From the NCBI GenBank assembly GCA_017476325.1, contig JAFUZZ010000005.1, positions 1 to 33,532 on the forward strand: a DNA stretch of 33,532 nt, in the 5' to 3' direction. A program made the translations under genes and the position numbers. Positions 6,864-14,073 of this stretch are shown piece after piece. Position 1 is the first letter of the stretch. Every line of letters starts with the position of its first letter. The notes under the pieces are model-generated. The model had not been told where the DNA came from and searched no databases. It saw only the letters and a list, made by a program, of their open reading frames with translations. The stretch comes from a bacterium. GTDB lineage: Bacteria > Cyanobacteriota > Vampirovibrionia > Gastranaerophilales > Gastranaerophilaceae.

Positions 6864-7694
6864 TTAAAACTTAAACGGATAATCGTCAGGTATTTTCCAA
6901 CCGTTGTTAAATATCAAAGCCGTACATGCCCCTTTTTCAGCCCCTGTACAAGAGCTAATCAATTCCGAATTAGTTTTTCCGCTAAACCATGACACCGGGA
7001 CTTGACCACTTGTTGTTGTAATAAATACCTTTTTACCGATTTCACTAAAATAGTTTGGAGTTGATTCACTGTCAAGTTGGATACAAGAGTCATAATCTAC
7101 ACAAATAAACATAAAAACGTTATTCCAAGTATTTGTGCTGCTTGGAATATCACCATGTCTATAAAGATACACAGCCGAACCGTTTATCATTTTGCCTATT
7201 GCACCTTTTGTTCCGGCCTCGGTTTTAACAAATTTAATATAAGGAGCATAGTATTTATTTAGCATTTCTAATGCCTCATTTGCATCTTTTTGGGCAAAGC
7301 GTTCTCTTTCGTAATTTAGTCCATAATCGGCGCCAAGCATTTCATAGGCGTTTGATAATACGGAATGACCTTCTTTTAATTTGGTTTCAACGACGTGTTT
7401 TCGGTGTTCCTGCATCAATGTCGGAATTGTGAGTGCTGCAACAACACCGATTATACCGAGGGTGATTAGGACTTCCGCAAGGGTAAAGCCCCTGAGGGGC
7501 ACCAAAAGAGACCGCCTATTTCGCAAATTTTTGACTCCAAGACCTAAAACCGCGTCCTCATTAACTTTGGAACCTAACGCCCCCTTATCTTTGAGAGCAA
7601 AATCCGCTCCCTGACTACTTTTAAGGCTTATGCCCCCCTTTTCTCGAGAACCTAAAACCGCGTCCTCACTAAGATTGAGACCTAACGCCCCCAC
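6864..7694 (-). CDS. Prepilin-type N-terminal cleavage/methylation-domain (type IV pilin-like) protein; 5' end apparently interrupted, true start uncertain
   Basis: GFTLAEVLITLGIIGVVAALTIPTLM class III signal motif, with the G codon at 7490-7488. The track ORF starts at GTG 7694, giving an atypical ~68-aa leader. In-frame TTG 7505 and GTG 7502 are alternatives. A strong SD+ATG at 7722 lies in another frame. Confidence 0.65.
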   Translation of the reverse strand: MGALGLNLSEDAVLGSREKGGISLKSSQGADFALKDKGALGSKVNEDAVLGLGVKNLRNRRSLLVPLRGFTLAEVLITLGIIGVVAALTIPTLMQEHRKHVVETKLKEGHSVLSNAYEMLGADYGLNYERERFAQKDANEALEMLNKYYAPYIKFVKTEAGTKGAIGKMINGSAVYLYRHGDIPSSTNTWNNVFMFICVDYDSCIQLDSESTPNYFSEIGKKVFITTTSGQVPVSWFSGKTNSELISSCTGAEKGACTALIFNNGWKIPDDYPFKF

Positions 7695-7701
7695 CCCCTA
7701 C
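7491..7701 (-). repeat. 211-nt insert-like segment inside the 5' end of the pilin-like gene, containing two ~45-nt direct repeats
   Basis: Direct repeats 7541-7584 and 7648-7692 (gacctaaaaccgcgtcctca...acctaacgccccc, ~38/44 identical). The segment is G/C-rich relative to its surroundings. Removing 7491-7701 joins MKKLFTR in frame to GFTLAEVL. Confidence 0.5.
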
Positions 7702-7764
7702 TCGGGTGAATAATTTTTTCATGTTTCTTCTCCTTCTGGTTTTGTCTAATACGTTCAAGATACA

Positions 7765-7897
7765 GATCCTGAAACAAGTTCAGGATGACAAGTCGCCGTC
7801 ATTCCTTAATTGTGACAAAGCGAACAAAAAAATTTGTCATTCTGAATTTATTTCAGAATCCTAAATTTTTTGTGTGAGCCTGTCGTCGTTAGACATC
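7765..7897. repeat. Cluster of mosaic palindromic intergenic repeat modules (same family as 14085-14361 and 30136-30291)
   Basis: Hairpins at 7765-7789 (atcctgaa/ttcaggat) and 7836-7860 (attctgaa/ttcagaat). Module tgtgacaaagcgaac...tttgtcat at 7811-7840. The 27-mer tgtgtgagcctgtcgtcgttagacatc at 7871-7897 is the exact reverse complement of 14158-14184. Confidence 0.8.
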
Positions 7898-7991
7898 GGA
7901 ATCTGTTTTTATTCTTGACATTATTATTATAAACCATGTTTTGAATTTTTCAACCCTTAATTTTAAAATCGTATTATAAGTCAACAATATT

Positions 7992-8237
7992 TTACAAAGA
8001 TTCTTTAAAACTTTCCAATTCATCAAATCCAAAAAATTCGGACATAGTTATATTTAATCCTGCGCAAATTTTTAAAATCGTAAAAGCTCTAGGCTCTTTC
8101 ATGTTTCTTTCAATTTCACTTAAACCTCCTTTGGAAATTCCACTCTGATAAGCAAGTTTTTCGAGTGTAATACCTCGTTCTTTTCGTAATTGGGCTATTC
8201 TTTGGCAAATTAATTTATTAAATTCGTGGCTTGTCAT
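7992..8237 (-). CDS. XRE-family helix-turn-helix transcriptional regulator
   Basis: 81 aa. RKERGITLEKLAYQSGISKGGLSEIERNMKEPRAFTILKICAGLNITMSEFF is a typical Cro/C1 HTH_3 pattern. The gene is divergent from the pilin-like gene at 8345. Confidence 0.85.
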   Translation of the reverse strand: MTSHEFNKLICQRIAQLRKERGITLEKLAYQSGISKGGLSEIERNMKEPRAFTILKICAGLNITMSEFFGFDELESFKESL

Positions 8238-8250
8238 ATCTTAACAAAAA

Positions 8251-8265
8251 TTCATACATGTGAAC
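8251..8265. promoter_or_regulatory. Operator-like imperfect palindrome O1 (reverse complement GTTCACAtgTATGAA)
   Basis: The sequence is ttcatacatgtgaac. It lies 14-28 nt upstream of the XRE ATG and matches O2 at 13 of 16 positions. Confidence 0.4.
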
Positions 8266-8272
8266 TTACATC

Positions 8273-8301
8273 TTGAAAAATATAAAAACATGATTTAATA
8301 T
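8273..8301 (+). promoter_or_regulatory. Sigma70-type promoter candidate for the pilin-like gene at 8345
   Basis: TTGAAA (8273-8278), a 17-nt spacer, then TAATAT (8296-8301). Confidence 0.45.
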
Positions 8302-8308
8302 GTTAATA

Positions 8309-8324
8309 GTTCATAAGTATGAAC
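8309..8324. promoter_or_regulatory. Operator-like perfect palindrome O2 (GTTCATAagTATGAAC)
   Basis: A 7+2+7 perfect inverted repeat, immediately downstream of the candidate -10 and 21 nt upstream of the ATG at 8345. Confidence 0.45.
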
Positions 8325-8344
8325 ACAAAAGAAAGGATACAGAT

Positions 8345-9019
8345 ATGAAAAGATTTGGATTTACACTGGCGGAGGTTTTAATTACTCTTGGAATTATTGG
8401 AGTTGTAGCAGCAATGACAATTCCGACATTGATGCAAAAAATTAACAGACATGATAAAGTTGCCGGAGTCAAGAAATTCTATGCAAATTTGAATAACGCT
8501 CTTCAAGCAGCAACAGTTGAACATGGGAGCCAAAAAAATTGGAATACCACAATGGAAACAACCACTTATAATAATGAATTTGGAATTAACGGAGAATATC
8601 CGGCGTATGTTAAGTACATAATGGAAAACATGAAATATGTAAAAGCATGTGGGATAGGTAACATTTATGAAACAGGATGTTTCGCTGAAAATTATGCTTG
8701 TACATCATCACAAATGAGTCCAAATTTAAACAATTCAACATGTAGATTTTCCACGGGAAATAACTCTACATCTTTTATTCTCTCTGATGGAACTTCTGTA
8801 GCGTTTACAGAAGGATATCCTATATTTATATATTTTGATGTAAACGGAAAAAAGGGTCCAAATAAAGTTGGAGAAGATATGTTTTTCTTAACTTTAGACA
8901 GACAAGATTATATCAAATTCAATGAAATGAGACGTGCGGATTATTATAATGAAGAATCTTCAGGTTTTGGCGTGGGATGGATTTTAAAGAATGGAAACAT
9001 GGATTACCTTGATGAATAA
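8345..9019 (+). CDS. Prepilin-type N-terminal cleavage/methylation-domain (type IV pilin-like) protein
   Basis: MKRFGFTLAEVLITLGIIGVVAAMTIPTLMQ follows the RBS aaaGGAtacagatATG. The C-terminal DVNGKKGPNKVGEDMFF motif is common in this pilin-like family. The track ORF start at 8300 is rejected in favour of 8345. Confidence 0.85.
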   Translation: MKRFGFTLAEVLITLGIIGVVAAMTIPTLMQKINRHDKVAGVKKFYANLNNALQAATVEHGSQKNWNTTMETTTYNNEFGINGEYPAYVKYIMENMKYVKACGIGNIYETGCFAENYACTSSQMSPNLNNSTCRFSTGNNSTSFILSDGTSVAFTEGYPIFIYFDVNGKKGPNKVGEDMFFLTLDRQDYIKFNEMRRADYYNEESSGFGVGWILKNGNMDYLDE

Positions 9020-9028
9020 ATTTGAATT

Positions 9029-9065
9029 AAAACGGTGTCGAAAAATCGGCACCGTTTTAATTTTT
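9029..9065 (+). terminator. Rho-independent terminator
   Basis: A 13-bp stem pairs aaaacggtgtcga (9029-9041) with tcggcaccgtttt (9046-9058), including one G-U. The loop is aaaa, followed by aattttt. Confidence 0.8.
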
Positions 9066-9150
9066 AAAAATTTTTCAAAATCTTGACTTTTGAAAAAACA
9101 TCATTAAAACATGCTTGTGAGTGAGTTTATTTTGAGTGTGGAGTTTTAGC

Positions 9151-9507
9151 ATGTTTTTATTCAAGAAAACCTGTCGTCATGAAAAGATTTCAGCAAGTAT
9201 CAAATCAGGATATTGCCCGGATTGCGGAGAATACGTTGTTAATCGTTGGTTTGTAACACGCTGCCCTATTTGCGGGAAAAGACACATTACGGTAATTAAA
9301 AACGGAAAACCCGTTCCTGCCGACAAATTCTGCCAAAACTGCGGCTGTCAAGAATTTACCGTTGAAGAAATTGACTACCCTGATGTTGTTTCAATTAATT
9401 ATGCAACATACATCTCTGAAGTTGTTAAACAAAGCCCTGCTCAAACTATCAACGCTTGGGTTGAAAATGCGGGCAAAATTAACTTTTTGCCTATGCTTCC
9501 GGCTTAA
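9151..9507 (+). CDS. Small cysteine-rich (multi zinc-ribbon) protein, unknown function
   Basis: ATG at 9151 is preceded by GGAG at 9-nt spacing. Cysteine pairs: CPDCG, CPICG, CQNCGC. Confidence 0.6.
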   Translation: MFLFKKTCRHEKISASIKSGYCPDCGEYVVNRWFVTRCPICGKRHITVIKNGKPVPADKFCQNCGCQEFTVEEIDYPDVVSINYATYISEVVKQSPAQTINAWVENAGKINFLPMLPA

Positions 9508-9986
9508 TCTTTTTTCTCGTCTCTTTCTTTATACGGAAGCATCCTTGTCATACCATCAATTTCAACAGCTTCGCCATAATATTTTAAATAAACTATCGCT
9601 CTGCGCTTTAGCGGGGATGAAGGGTAGTACTTGACAATAGTCCTAAAACAATCTATTGCTTCATTTTCTCTACCAAGCACATTATATATTGTTCCTAATT
9701 TATAATATATAGGAACGAGATTTGAATTCCTCTCCTTTTTATGGTCATCAAGTTCTGCTTTAATATCATTAATTCGTCTGAGTTTTGCCTTCGAGATTTT
9801 TTTTGAGGCATTTGCATCGTAATATATTTTATCAAGTTCTGTTTTTATGGTTATCAAATCACTGTCCATAATCACGGCAAGTACACTCGCACCTTGAAAA
9901 AATAACCCGATAATAAAAATAATTGATAATAACTTTTTCATATATTTATTATATCTCATTTTTAATATTTTTGCAAAATTTTTCAT
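9504..9986 (-). CDS. Secreted TPR-like protein, unknown function
   Basis: Signal-peptide-like MKKLLSIIFIIGLFFQGASVLA (alternative start at 9941). TPR-like YYKLGTIYNVLGRENEAIDCFRTIVKYYPSS. Its 3' end overlaps the previous gene by 4 nt (convergent). Confidence 0.6.
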   Translation of the reverse strand: MKNFAKILKMRYNKYMKKLLSIIFIIGLFFQGASVLAVIMDSDLITIKTELDKIYYDANASKKISKAKLRRINDIKAELDDHKKERNSNLVPIYYKLGTIYNVLGRENEAIDCFRTIVKYYPSSPLKRRAIVYLKYYGEAVEIDGMTRMLPYKERDEKKD

Positions 9987-10004
9987 AATTAGTATAATAG
10001 CAAT

Positions 10005-10985
10005 ATGGATAAACTTAAAAATAAATTATTACAAATGTTCATCCTCGGCTATGACGGAGATACACCGACTGAAAAAATTTGCAATCTTCTCTCATCAGGG
10101 CTTGGCGGTGTAATTCTTTTTTCTCAAAATATAAAAACTTTCGACCAAACAATATTCGCAGCAGAAAAAATAAAAAGCCACGCTCAAATTACACCCTTCA
10201 TATCTATTGACCAGGAGGGCGGAAGAGTCGAGAGAACAGAAAATTTATTTTCGGGAAAAAATTTTTTAAGTGCAAAATTTGCGGCTCAAAAAGGGGACGA
10301 TTTTGTTGTAAATCAAACTAAAGATATTGCAAAACTTCTAAAAACGCTTGGGTTTAACCTGAATTTTGCGCCTGATATTGATGTAAATACAAATCCAAAT
10401 AATCCTATCATTGGGGAACGTGCATTTTCAAACAATACGGATGAAGTTATAAAATTCGGAAACATTGTTGTAAAAGAATACTTGAGAAACGGCATTATTC
10501 CCTGCACAAAACATTTCCCGGGACACGGTGACGCCAACGCGGACAGTCATTTGACTCTGCCTGAAATTAACCTTTCCTTTGAGGATTTTGAAAAAAATCA
10601 TATTCGTGCTTTCAAAGAAGTTAAATCCCCGATGGTTATGGTAGCACACCTTCACTGCAAGGCGTTTGACACTGATAAAATTCCGTCATCTATGAGCAAA
10701 AATGTGTTGGACTATCTCAAAAAAACATTATCCTATAATCCTTTAATTATAACGGACGATATGGTTATGGGCGGAATTTGTCAAAACAACAAACCTGTTG
10801 AAAATGTCATTAATGCAATTAAAAACGGAGTTGACTTAATTTTGTACCGCGGAAGTGATGATAAAACAATCGAAATTATTGATGATGTTTACAAATACGC
10901 AACTAATGATTTTGAACTTCAAACTCGGATTGAAACTTCGTTCAAAAGAATAATTGAATTTAAAACAAAATTTTTAAACACATAA
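10005..10985 (+). CDS. nagZ: Beta-N-acetylhexosaminidase (glycoside hydrolase family 3, NagZ-like)
   Basis: Motifs ISIDQEGGRVER and KHFPGHGDANADSH, with a NagZ-like size of 326 aa. Confidence 0.85.
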   Translation: MDKLKNKLLQMFILGYDGDTPTEKICNLLSSGLGGVILFSQNIKTFDQTIFAAEKIKSHAQITPFISIDQEGGRVERTENLFSGKNFLSAKFAAQKGDDFVVNQTKDIAKLLKTLGFNLNFAPDIDVNTNPNNPIIGERAFSNNTDEVIKFGNIVVKEYLRNGIIPCTKHFPGHGDANADSHLTLPEINLSFEDFEKNHIRAFKEVKSPMVMVAHLHCKAFDTDKIPSSMSKNVLDYLKKTLSYNPLIITDDMVMGGICQNNKPVENVINAIKNGVDLILYRGSDDKTIEIIDDVYKYATNDFELQTRIETSFKRIIEFKTKFLNT

Positions 10986-11023
10986 CCGATTAAAAATTTT
11001 TATAAATTTATTATTCTGTCAAT

Positions 11024-12325
11024 ATGAACACAGTCAATCTATTTTTAAAATCTCTCGGCGAAAAAATCGAACTGCATCGTACAAATCCGCAAAATATTAT
11101 CAGAGCCGGAAACAGAAAATGGCTCGTTAATATTTTACCTTTTGAACTTTTGCAACAAAATGTAAAAACATCAATAGAAACCTTAGTCGCATTGGACTTT
11201 AGCAATCTTGAATACAAAACCTTTCCAAATGATATAAAAAGTCCGAATTATGGTGATAATTGGGGCAGATACGCAAACTATATTGAAATTAACAATCGCG
11301 CTATTGCCGAAATGCAAGGAGAAATGTGCAAAAACGGGATTATGAGTATGATAAAAATATTGCCCGCAATTCCGCCTTCAGCAAAAAGTTGGGCAAATTG
11401 TTTAATTCTTTCTCAAATATTTCCGAATATTTTTGGCGACGGTTATAACAAACCTGCCGAAACAGAAAACTCCATTTACGGAATAAAACTGGGAATAGGT
11501 TACAGCCGAAATATAATTAATTTCGACATAAATTTTACTCCCGAAAATCAATTCAAAACATTTAATGATTTGGCACATTTTCATGGGCTAAAAACGGGAT
11601 TTAGAACCGTTATTTCCGCAGATCAAATAAAAATTTCAAAACACTACGAAAACGATGTTACGTTTAATTGGAAAAACCCCGAGCATCAGGAACTTTTTAT
11701 TGAAGAACACGTAAAACTTATAAACATGGGATTTGAAGCAGTTTTTATAGATTCGGCAAAACACATCGGCGGCTACGATATGTCAAATTACGCGGGTGTC
11801 GGCGCATTACCGGAATATGAGCAAATGCAATATATTTTGAACGAAATAAGACATCGCTCGGGCTGTACTTCAATAAGTTTTATTGGTGAAAAAAGCACCG
11901 AAGATTTTAACCGTTATGAAAACTTAGGGCTAACTACAGGAACGGCATTTATTGAACCTGATAATTATGATGAAGTTAAAATTCGCTCAAAACAATTCAA
12001 ATATAATAAAAATTATGCCCCGGGAGTAGAGGTCTCAAATGATAACGATGAGGGAGGAAGAAGTTATGAAGAGCGTTTAAACAGGATTAACAACGTTCTT
12101 TTCGCCTACGAGTTTCCAAGCGACAAACTGGCAAGTTTTATGCAAATGGAAGATTTATTCCCTCTGCGTTATGACACAAGCACACATCATCTTATGATGT
12201 GTAATCCGAGTTATTCAACGGACGGAAGCGCTCAAAGCCACTGGCAAAACCTGTTCGCCCGCGACGACGGTCGGGAATACAACAAAAAAGCCGGAGAACT
12301 GTTCTTTCACGCTCTCGAACTCTAA
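11024..12325 (+). CDS. Divergent TIM-barrel glycosidase-like protein (possibly alpha-amylase/GH13-related)
   Basis: VFIDSAKHIGG resembles GH13 region II (GFRxDAxKH). SFIGEKS and EVSNDNDE are weak matches to regions III and IV. No other motif recognised. Confidence 0.35.
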   Translation: MNTVNLFLKSLGEKIELHRTNPQNIIRAGNRKWLVNILPFELLQQNVKTSIETLVALDFSNLEYKTFPNDIKSPNYGDNWGRYANYIEINNRAIAEMQGEMCKNGIMSMIKILPAIPPSAKSWANCLILSQIFPNIFGDGYNKPAETENSIYGIKLGIGYSRNIINFDINFTPENQFKTFNDLAHFHGLKTGFRTVISADQIKISKHYENDVTFNWKNPEHQELFIEEHVKLINMGFEAVFIDSAKHIGGYDMSNYAGVGALPEYEQMQYILNEIRHRSGCTSISFIGEKSTEDFNRYENLGLTTGTAFIEPDNYDEVKIRSKQFKYNKNYAPGVEVSNDNDEGGRSYEERLNRINNVLFAYEFPSDKLASFMQMEDLFPLRYDTSTHHLMMCNPSYSTDGSAQSHWQNLFARDDGREYNKKAGELFFHALEL

Positions 12326-12585
12326 TCAATATCTGTATAAATATAAGGGCGGTAGTGTGAAGTTTCTAAAAGCCCTAATTTCCTGCCGAGTCGTTGATAC
12401 ATATCCTTTATAAACTCTTTTATAGGATTATGTTTTTTAATCACACCACGCTTTATCATTAAATCTCTTGCTTCTTCCAAAGATAATTTTCTCATTTCAT
12501 CTCCGGAAAGTTTGGTTGCTATTTCAATATTTCTTAACGTTGATTCACTCAATGTATATTTTGGAGTAACTGCATTAACTTTCAC
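12322..12585 (-). CDS. Small hypothetical protein (87 aa) immediately downstream of the hydrogenase
   Basis: GTG start at 12585 with AAGGGA 8 nt upstream. It overlaps the hydrogenase 3' end by 11 nt. No recognisable motif. Confidence 0.45.
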   Translation of the reverse strand: MKVNAVTPKYTLSESTLRNIEIATKLSGDEMRKLSLEEARDLMIKRGVIKKHNPIKEFIKDMYQRLGRKLGLLETSHYRPYIYTDID

Positions 12586-14050
12586 TATCTTTATCCCTTA
12601 ACTTTTCTTCATCATAGCTCAATGAAAGAACGCTGTCAATATTTTTTTTAGCGGTCTTTATTGAGGTAATATTTGAGTTTCCGCCAATGCAGCCGCCCTC
12701 ACATGCCATAACCTCCAAAAGATTACAGCCGTCATCGCAGCAGCCGTCTTGAGCATATTTTTTGAGTTGTTTAATCGACTCCTTATTTAAACCGTTAATC
12801 ACACAAGGTTTGGCAAAAGATTCGTCCCTGAGTTTTTTTTGCACCGCATCGGCTACTCCGCCTGTTATTCCGTAGTTTCTTGCCTGCTTTGAACTTTCTT
12901 TTTCAAATTTAGTTTCTTCACAATCTTGAACAACGATTTTCTTCGCTTGAAAAAGTGCGTCCAGTTCTTCACAGCTCATAATGTAATTTATGTTGTTATT
13001 TTCAAAAACTTCGGCACGCTTTGCTACACAAGGACTTACAAATACCGTTATTGCCTCAGGCATCTTTTGTTTAACAATTTCTGCCGTGTAATAAAGCGGA
13101 GTTTTTGTATCGGAAGCGTAAGGATTTATTTCGGATAAATGTTTTTTTCTCAACTGATTATATCCGGCACAGCACGAAGTTGTCATAAACTTATCGCCTC
13201 TTTGCATGCGCTCAATAAACTCTTTTGCCTCGTTTTCGGTTGTAACATCAGCACCCCTGGCAACTTCAATCACATCGTCAAATCCTGCCTTTAATAATGC
13301 CGTCTTTAACTGATAAATACTTCCCTCAAACTGCCCCGCAACAGACGGTGCAAACATTGCAATTACCGTTTTGTCGGATTTCATAGCCTGTAGAATATCA
13401 ATAATTTGACTTTTTTCGTGAATTGCTCCAAAAGGGCAGGCAGACACACATTTTCCGCAGGTAATACACTTGTCAAAATCAATTTTTGCAAACCCTGATT
13501 CATCTTTTGATATTGCACCTACAAAACAAGCCTTTTCACAAGGAACATCAATTTTAACAATCGCATTATACGGACAAGCAGACAAACACATTCCGCATTT
13601 TTTGCATTTTGAATAATCAATTTTTGAACGACCTTCTGTCACCTGAATTGCCCCAAATTTACAACTGCTGAGACATGGACGGGAAACACATCCCTGACAC
13701 AAATCTGTTACATAAATTTGGTTAGGAATACATCCCTTACACGCATCCGGAAGTACGGTCAAGTTTCCGTCCGCAACTTCTTTTCTTTCAAGCGCGTTTT
13801 TTGCATAAGTTACCAAAGATGTCCGCTCGTCATCATCCTCAATTCTGAACCCGAGTCCCGCAATAATTCTGTCTTTAATAATCGCACGCTCTTTATGAAT
13901 ACAGCAGCGGTAAGGAACCTCTGCGCCCTTTGGTCGCATATCATGCGGAATTAGTCTGGTATTTTCTTCAAAATCGTCTGTATAGAACGCCTGTATTAAT
14001 CGTACTAAAATTTCTTTTCTTATTTGAACTTCTTGACCGTTGTTATTCAT
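12575..14050 (-). CDS. [FeFe]-hydrogenase-like protein with N-terminal 4Fe-4S ferredoxin domains (monomeric, group-B-like)
   Basis: Three CxxCxxCxxxCP-type clusters (CKKCGMCLSACP, CITCGKCVSACP, CQGCVSRPCLSSC). H-cluster-like motifs TTSCCAGY, SPCVAKR and EVMACEGGCIGG. RBS gagaGGAaaatATG. Confidence 0.8.
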   Translation of the reverse strand: MNNNGQEVQIRKEILVRLIQAFYTDDFEENTRLIPHDMRPKGAEVPYRCCIHKERAIIKDRIIAGLGFRIEDDDERTSLVTYAKNALERKEVADGNLTVLPDACKGCIPNQIYVTDLCQGCVSRPCLSSCKFGAIQVTEGRSKIDYSKCKKCGMCLSACPYNAIVKIDVPCEKACFVGAISKDESGFAKIDFDKCITCGKCVSACPFGAIHEKSQIIDILQAMKSDKTVIAMFAPSVAGQFEGSIYQLKTALLKAGFDDVIEVARGADVTTENEAKEFIERMQRGDKFMTTSCCAGYNQLRKKHLSEINPYASDTKTPLYYTAEIVKQKMPEAITVFVSPCVAKRAEVFENNNINYIMSCEELDALFQAKKIVVQDCEETKFEKESSKQARNYGITGGVADAVQKKLRDESFAKPCVINGLNKESIKQLKKYAQDGCCDDGCNLLEVMACEGGCIGGNSNITSIKTAKKNIDSVLSLSYDEEKLRDKDSES

Positions 14051-14073
14051 ATTTTCCTCTCAAGTAAAGCAAA

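Noticed and set aside
7541-7692. Two 45-nt direct repeats as a mini CRISPR array
   Set aside because: There are only two imperfect copies, no cas genes and no palindromic repeat core typical of CRISPR. They lie inside the 5' region of a gene.
7963-7977. 15-mer ttaaaatcgtattat shared with 17129-17143 (both upstream of minus-strand genes) as a regulatory motif
   Set aside because: A rough estimate for an AT-rich 33-kb window predicts a few identical 15-mers of this composition by chance. There is no palindromic structure and no third copy.
8300-8344. Track start at 8300 for the pilin-like gene
   Set aside because: It would add a 15-aa extension before the canonical MKRFGFTLAE leader. The GGA-containing RBS sits in front of ATG 8345, and the extension overlaps the operator-like palindrome.
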